NCBI GenBank assembly: GCA_963715335.1 | Contig: CAVQRZ010000043.1 | Span: forward strand, 9,657-73,656 | DNA length: 64,000 nucleotides | Direction: 5' to 3' | Source: an uncultured delta proteobacterium | Lineage (GTDB): Bacteria; Desulfobacterota; Desulfuromonadia; Desulfuromonadales; BM103 | Part shown: positions 58,385-64,000 of the stretch, piece after piece | Layout: each line of letters begins with the position of its first letter | Numbering within the stretch: position 1 is the first letter of the stretch | The notes under the pieces: generated by a model | What the model saw: the letters and a program-made list of their open reading frames with translations, nothing else | Databases searched by the model: none | What the model was told of the DNA's origin: nothing | Program-made: the position numbers and the translations under genes

Positions 58385-59199
58385 TGCGGCCTCCGCAACA
58401 GCACCAGGACCTCTTCAAGATGGGAGAAATCGACCGCGGGCATGATTTCGATCGCCTGGAAGAGACCGAACTCCCGCCTGTCGACACTCGTCACGTCGCC
58501 AACCGCGAGCCCTTTGGGAAAGACCCCGCCCATGCCGCTGGTCACGACGCGATCACCGACCTTGACCTCTTCCTGGCGCAGGACGAAATCGAACACCAGG
58601 CGTTCCCCCTTGCCGCGACAAATGCCGCGGGCCCGGTTGTCCTGCAGGAGGCTGGCCACAGCAGAGGACGCATCGGTAATCAGGAGGACCCTGGCAAAAC
58701 GGGGGCTGCTGCGGATAACCCGACCGACCACGCCTTCGGCGACGACTACCGGCATCCCCTCGACCACGCCCTGCTCGCCCCCTTTGTCGATGGTGACGGT
58801 CCGGAACCAGCTGGTGGCATCCTCGGCAATCACCCTGGCCGGCAGCGTCGCGATTTCCTGGGCTTCCTTGAAATCCAGCAGACGCCGCAGGCGCTCGTTT
58901 TCAAGACGGACCTCGTTGTTCTCTGCCAACATCGCACTCAGGTTGCGGTTATTTTCCAGGAGTGCCCGGTTTTCCTCTTCGGTGTCGACCAGGTGGAGAT
59001 AATGCCCCCAGACGTCGGCGGCCCCCTGGACCACATGGTCGAGACCGGCCTGCACCGGGCCGGTCAACCTCAGGACCAACCCTTCGAGGAAATTTGTCTC
59101 GTCCTGTTGGCGCAGGTTGACCGAATACCAGAGCAGCGCCATCAGGAGCAGCACCGCACTGAACAGCAACGGTCGATTTTTTTGCCACCATTCCCACAT
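58381..59199 (-). CDS. mreC: Rod shape-determining protein MreC
   Basis: ENERLRRLL, GVVGRV, VTSGMGGVFPKG. Confidence 0.95.
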   Translation of the reverse strand: MWEWWQKNRPLLFSAVLLLMALLWYSVNLRQQDETNFLEGLVLRLTGPVQAGLDHVVQGAADVWGHYLHLVDTEEENRALLENNRNLSAMLAENNEVRLENERLRRLLDFKEAQEIATLPARVIAEDATSWFRTVTIDKGGEQGVVEGMPVVVAEGVVGRVIRSSPRFARVLLITDASSAVASLLQDNRARGICRGKGERLVFDFVLRQEEVKVGDRVVTSGMGGVFPKGLAVGDVTSVDRREFGLFQAIEIMPAVDFSHLEEVLVLLRRPQ

Positions 59200-59286
59200 A
59201 TTCGAACACCCGGGACACAGAACTCAGGAGCCACAACTCAGGCAACGGCAAATTGTACGCCGAATCCTGGCTTCACAGAAAACAAT

Positions 59287-59310
59287 AAAAGAGGGCGCAG
59301 AGGCCCTCTT
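59287..59310 (-). terminator. Terminator-like hairpin between mreB and mreC
   Basis: GAGGGC / GCCCTC stem plus TTTTATT. Confidence 0.55.
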
Positions 59311-59351
59311 GAATAGTTCGCGAAGATGCTGCTGCAACAGTCAGGGCCGGC

Positions 59352-60434
<1,083 letters not shown>

Positions 60435-60605
60435 TCAGACGGGAAATGGCCTGACCCAGGCCGGAAAATGTTGTTAACACTAGCAAAAGGACCCCAGCTT
60501 TTCAAGGGATAAAAGGAAAAACTGTTGCATTTCGCAAGGTGATTGTCTAACATTCGTCCCTATTCTTCAAAGACGAAAAAACCCCTCGAGGAGAAACTCT
60601 GACTC

Positions 60606-62555
60606 ATGCTCGACTTTGTCCGCAACAAACAGAAATCCATCATCATCAAACTGGCCTTCGCCATCATCATCTTGAGCTTCGTCATCGGTTACGCGATGCT
60701 CAGCGCACCGGGCGGCCCGGGCGGTGATACCCCGGTAGCGGAAGCTGCAGCCGTCAACGGCAGGTCGATTGCCTATGACGAGTTCCAGAGTTCCTACAGC
60801 ACTCTTTACCAGCTCTACCAGAACATCTACCAGGACCAGTTCACGCCGGCTCTCGAGAAGCAGCTGAAACTGGCTGAGAAATCGATCAACAGCCTGATCG
60901 ATCAGGCGTTGATGCAGGACGAGGCGGAGCGCCTTCAGCTGGCAGTGCCCCAACAGGAACTGGTCGACGCGATCGCCAGCATCGAGACCTTCCAGGAGAA
61001 CGGCGTCTTCAACAAGGCGCGCTATCTCCAGGTCCTCGCCTACCAGCGCATGAACAGCGATGAGTACGAGGCCCTTAAGCGCAACGAGCTGCTGCTCGAC
61101 AAGGTACAGGAACATTTCAAGGCGAAGGTGCAGGTCAGCGATGCGGACGTTGCAGAAGAGTTCCGCAACATCAATGAAAAGCTCAACCTGAGCTTCGTCA
61201 GTCTCACCCCGGCGCAATTCGAAAAGCAGGTCAAGGTCACGGACCAGGCGCTGGAGGCTTACTTTGCCGAGAACCAGGAAACCTTCCGGGTCCCCGAAAT
61301 GGTCTCACTGCGCTACCTGCAGTTCGAACCGGAGCGTTATCTCGGCGAGGTGACCTTTGCAGAAGACGAGCTGGAAAAATATTACCGCCGCCATCTCGAC
61401 CAATTTGAAATCCTTGAGAAGGTCAAGGCCTCGCATATTCTCGTCATGGTCGATGCGGATGCCGACGAGAAGACCCGCGCTGAGCGTCGCGCCTACGCCG
61501 GCACCCTGCTTGAACAAGTCAGGGCCGGCAAGGATTTTGCCGAACTGGCACGGGCCAAGTCGGATGACAAGGCCAGCGCTGTCAAAGGCGGCAGCCTCGG
61601 TTATTTCACCCGCGGCTCGATGGTCAAGCCTTTTGAAGATGCGGCCTTCAGCATGCACCCGGGCGAAACCAGCGACCTCGTGGAAACCACCTTCGGCTAC
61701 CATATCATCCGGGTCGAGGAATACACCGAGCCGGGGCTGCGCAGCCTGGCCGACGCCAGCGACGAGGTCAAGGAAGGGCTGCGCGCCGAAAAGGCCAAGC
61801 AGCTGGCTTTCGAAAAGGCCATGGACGCCTACAACATCAACCGCAAGACCGGCGACCTCGATGCAGCAGCCAAGGCCAACGACCTCGGCGTCAAGGAGAC
61901 CGGACCGTTCGCCCGCGACGGCTATATCGACGGGATCGGCCGCAACGAGGAGATCATCAACGCCGCCCACCTGCTCGAAGACAAGGCCCTCGCCAAACCG
62001 GTCCTTACCGTGAACGGCGTGATCCTGTTCGGTGTCAAGGAACGGGTCGCCAGCCATATCCCGGAGCTTGCCGAGGTCAAGGACCTGGTCACGGCCGCTT
62101 ACCGGGCGGTAGAATCGGCCAAGCTCGCAGAAGCAGCCGCTGAGCAGCTTGTCGCAGACCTCAAGGTTGGCGCGAGCCTGGCCAAGCTGGCCCAAAAGCA
62201 CGGTTACAAGATGGAGGAGACCGGCGAGTTCACCCGGACCTACGGCCCCTTCGTGCCGCGTCTCGGCACCTCCAAGGAGCTGTTTGATGCCGCCTTTGCC
62301 CTGCCGGCAGACCAGACCGTCATCGGCAGCGTCTTCGCAATCCAGAACCGGTTCGTGGTTGCCGATGTCAAGCAGCGCGTTGCTGCCGATATGACGGCAC
62401 TGGATGAGGCCAAGCAGCAGGAGCTTTACAAATCCTTATTCGCCCGCAAACAGAACGAAGCGATTGAGCAGCGCCTGGCCGAGCTGCGCAGCGCCGCGGC
62501 GATTGCCATCTCCCCCCGCGTCCAGGACCTGATCAACAAGGAGAAACAACTGTGA
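60606..62555 (+). CDS. ppiD: PpiD-like periplasmic chaperone / parvulin PPIase
   Basis: N-terminal TM anchor, SurA-like N domain, ASHIL..DFAELA..SDD..GGSLG..FGYHII. Confidence 0.85.
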   Translation: MLDFVRNKQKSIIIKLAFAIIILSFVIGYAMLSAPGGPGGDTPVAEAAAVNGRSIAYDEFQSSYSTLYQLYQNIYQDQFTPALEKQLKLAEKSINSLIDQALMQDEAERLQLAVPQQELVDAIASIETFQENGVFNKARYLQVLAYQRMNSDEYEALKRNELLLDKVQEHFKAKVQVSDADVAEEFRNINEKLNLSFVSLTPAQFEKQVKVTDQALEAYFAENQETFRVPEMVSLRYLQFEPERYLGEVTFAEDELEKYYRRHLDQFEILEKVKASHILVMVDADADEKTRAERRAYAGTLLEQVRAGKDFAELARAKSDDKASAVKGGSLGYFTRGSMVKPFEDAAFSMHPGETSDLVETTFGYHIIRVEEYTEPGLRSLADASDEVKEGLRAEKAKQLAFEKAMDAYNINRKTGDLDAAAKANDLGVKETGPFARDGYIDGIGRNEEIINAAHLLEDKALAKPVLTVNGVILFGVKERVASHIPELAEVKDLVTAAYRAVESAKLAEAAAEQLVADLKVGASLAKLAQKHGYKMEETGEFTRTYGPFVPRLGTSKELFDAAFALPADQTVIGSVFAIQNRFVVADVKQRVAADMTALDEAKQQELYKSLFARKQNEAIEQRLAELRSAAAIAISPRVQDLINKEKQL

Positions 62556-63445
62556 GTGCTACCGTTCTCAAAACCAACATGCCCACACTGAACCTGGTCA
62601 ATCGCGGCAAGGTCCGCGACATCTACGACCTGGGCGAGCACCTGTTGCTCGTAACCTCCGACCGCCTGTCCGCTTTCGACGTGATCATGAACGAGGGGAT
62701 CCCCAAGAAAGGCCAGGTCCTCAACCAGATCTCGATCTTCTGGTTCAACCGGATGGCCGATATCATCCCGAACCATATCGTCGCGACCGAGGTCAGCGAC
62801 TTCCCGGCCGCGACCCACGCCTACCGCGAGCAGCTGGAAGGGCGCAGCATGCTGGTCAAAAAAGCCAAACCGCTGCCGATCGAGTGTATCGTGCGCGGCT
62901 ACGTGTCCGGTTCCGGCTGGAAGGAATACCAGCAGAAAGGGAGCATCTGCGGCATTCCCCTGCCGAAGAACCTGCTCGAGAGCGACCGCCTGGAAAAGCC
63001 TATTTTCACCCCGTCGACCAAGGCCGAACTCGGTGCGCACGACGAGAACATCTCCTTTGCCGAGGCTATCAAGCTATGCGGCAAGGAGATCGCCGAACAG
63101 GTCAGCGCAAAATCGATCGAAATCTACAGCCGCGCCCGTGAATTTGCCTGGGACAAGGGGATCATCATCGCCGATACCAAGTTCGAATTCGGCATTATGG
63201 ATGACGGCAGCCTGATCTGGATCGACGAGGCCCTGTCCCCCGATTCATCGCGGTTCTGGCCGAAAGCGTCTTACAAGCCCGGCGGCCCCCAGCCAAGCTA
63301 CGACAAGCAGTTTGTCCGCGACTATCTCGAGACTCTCGACTGGGGCAAGCAGGCGCCGCCGCCGCCCCTGCCGGCCGAGATCGTCGCCAAGACCTCGGAG
63401 AAGTACCAGGAAGCCCTGTTCCAGCTGACCGGCATTAAGCTTTAG
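62552..63445 (+). CDS. purC: SAICAR synthetase
   Basis: [39 protein letters not shown]. Confidence 0.97.
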   Translation: MSATVLKTNMPTLNLVNRGKVRDIYDLGEHLLLVTSDRLSAFDVIMNEGIPKKGQVLNQISIFWFNRMADIIPNHIVATEVSDFPAATHAYREQLEGRSMLVKKAKPLPIECIVRGYVSGSGWKEYQQKGSICGIPLPKNLLESDRLEKPIFTPSTKAELGAHDENISFAEAIKLCGKEIAEQVSAKSIEIYSRAREFAWDKGIIIADTKFEFGIMDDGSLIWIDEALSPDSSRFWPKASYKPGGPQPSYDKQFVRDYLETLDWGKQAPPPPLPAEIVAKTSEKYQEALFQLTGIKL

Positions 63446-63548
63446 GCGGTACGGAAATTCCTTTAATTCTTGACGTCGATCAATGCCGGCCCGGACAACG
63501 GGTGATAAGCTCTACTCCAAACTCACTTAAGATGATTGGAGGATAGCT

Positions 63549-63923
63549 ATGTCAGACCAACCTGCCAAGATCCATGTCGACCCCGCCAGGGCCTATGCCC
63601 TGGCCGAGATGACCCCTTACCAGGACGGCGCCGTTGTCAGCCGCACCCTGCTGCAGCATGATACCGGGACCCTGACCGTGTTCAGCTTTGACGCCGGGCA
63701 GGCCCTCTCGGAACACACCGTGCCCTTCCACGCCTTTGTCCAGGTGCTGGACGGCGAAGCGCAGATCATCATTGGCGGCAAGCCGCACAGCGTCTCAGCG
63801 GGCGAGATCATCCTCATGCCCGGCGGCATTTCCCACGAAGTCAAGGCCGTTAAACGCTTCAAGATGCTGCTCACCCTGTTCCGCAGCACCTCGGGAAGCA
63901 ACAGCGAATTCAAGGACAGCTGA
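63549..63923 (+). CDS. Cupin domain protein
   Basis: VVSRTL, FSFDAGQALSEHT, MP..ISHEVKA..FKMLL. Confidence 0.85.
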   Translation: MSDQPAKIHVDPARAYALAEMTPYQDGAVVSRTLLQHDTGTLTVFSFDAGQALSEHTVPFHAFVQVLDGEAQIIIGGKPHSVSAGEIILMPGGISHEVKAVKRFKMLLTLFRSTSGSNSEFKDS

Positions 63924-63949
63924 GCCACGGCCAAGCGCCAAAAAAGCTG

Positions 63950-63978
63950 TTGACACCCCGCTGGTGCTCTGTTATAAA
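63950..63978 (+). promoter_or_regulatory. Near-consensus sigma70 promoter
   Basis: TTGACA-17 bp-TATAAA. Confidence 0.75.
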
Positions 63979-63991
63979 TCTGCACCTGTTC

Positions 63992-64000
63992 GGGGCTATA
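63992..64000 (+). tRNA. Possible 5' end of a tRNA (Ala-like), truncated by the window edge
   Basis: GGGGCTATA just after a strong promoter; only 9 nt visible. Confidence 0.35.

Overview
64 kb of a GC-rich bacterial chromosome. Gene content (RomR-like regulator beside valS, GSU3473-like domain, [FeFe]-hydrogenase-like sigma54 activator, MucR, heptamer repeats) points to Desulfuromonadales/Geobacterales; this is an inference. Most of the window is housekeeping: hflX, fabI, yajQ, ltaE, ptsP, valS, deoBC, argJ, secA, recN, nadK, rarA, mreBCD-mrdA-rodA, ppiD, purC. An apparently AT-richer accessory block (~19.1-27.6 kb) surrounds tRNA-Arg(UCG). The best candidate for an undescribed system is at 13.9-16.6 kb. 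A sigma54 enhancer-binding protein with a ferredoxin + degenerate H-cluster + FeS sensory module is followed by two exactly inverted 18-bp operators (a third copy overlaps its own promoter), a consensus sigma54 promoter, and a ~95-nt ORF-less transcript with anti-Shine-Dalgarno-like C/U tracts ending at an intrinsic terminator just upstream of ptsP. This reads as a redox/H2-type sensor driving a small RNA. Also noted: a second CU-loop sRNA candidate inside a duplicated promoter segment, a terminator-containing leader on a Zn-finger-PilZ gene, heptamer arrays abutting extended -10 promoters, a CxxCH motif in DsbC, a kinase retaining only the last GAF helix, two frameshifted exported-protein genes, and a 40-bp A/T-only palindrome. 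No integrase, transposase, CRISPR or rRNA was seen. All calls are by eye; no searches were run.
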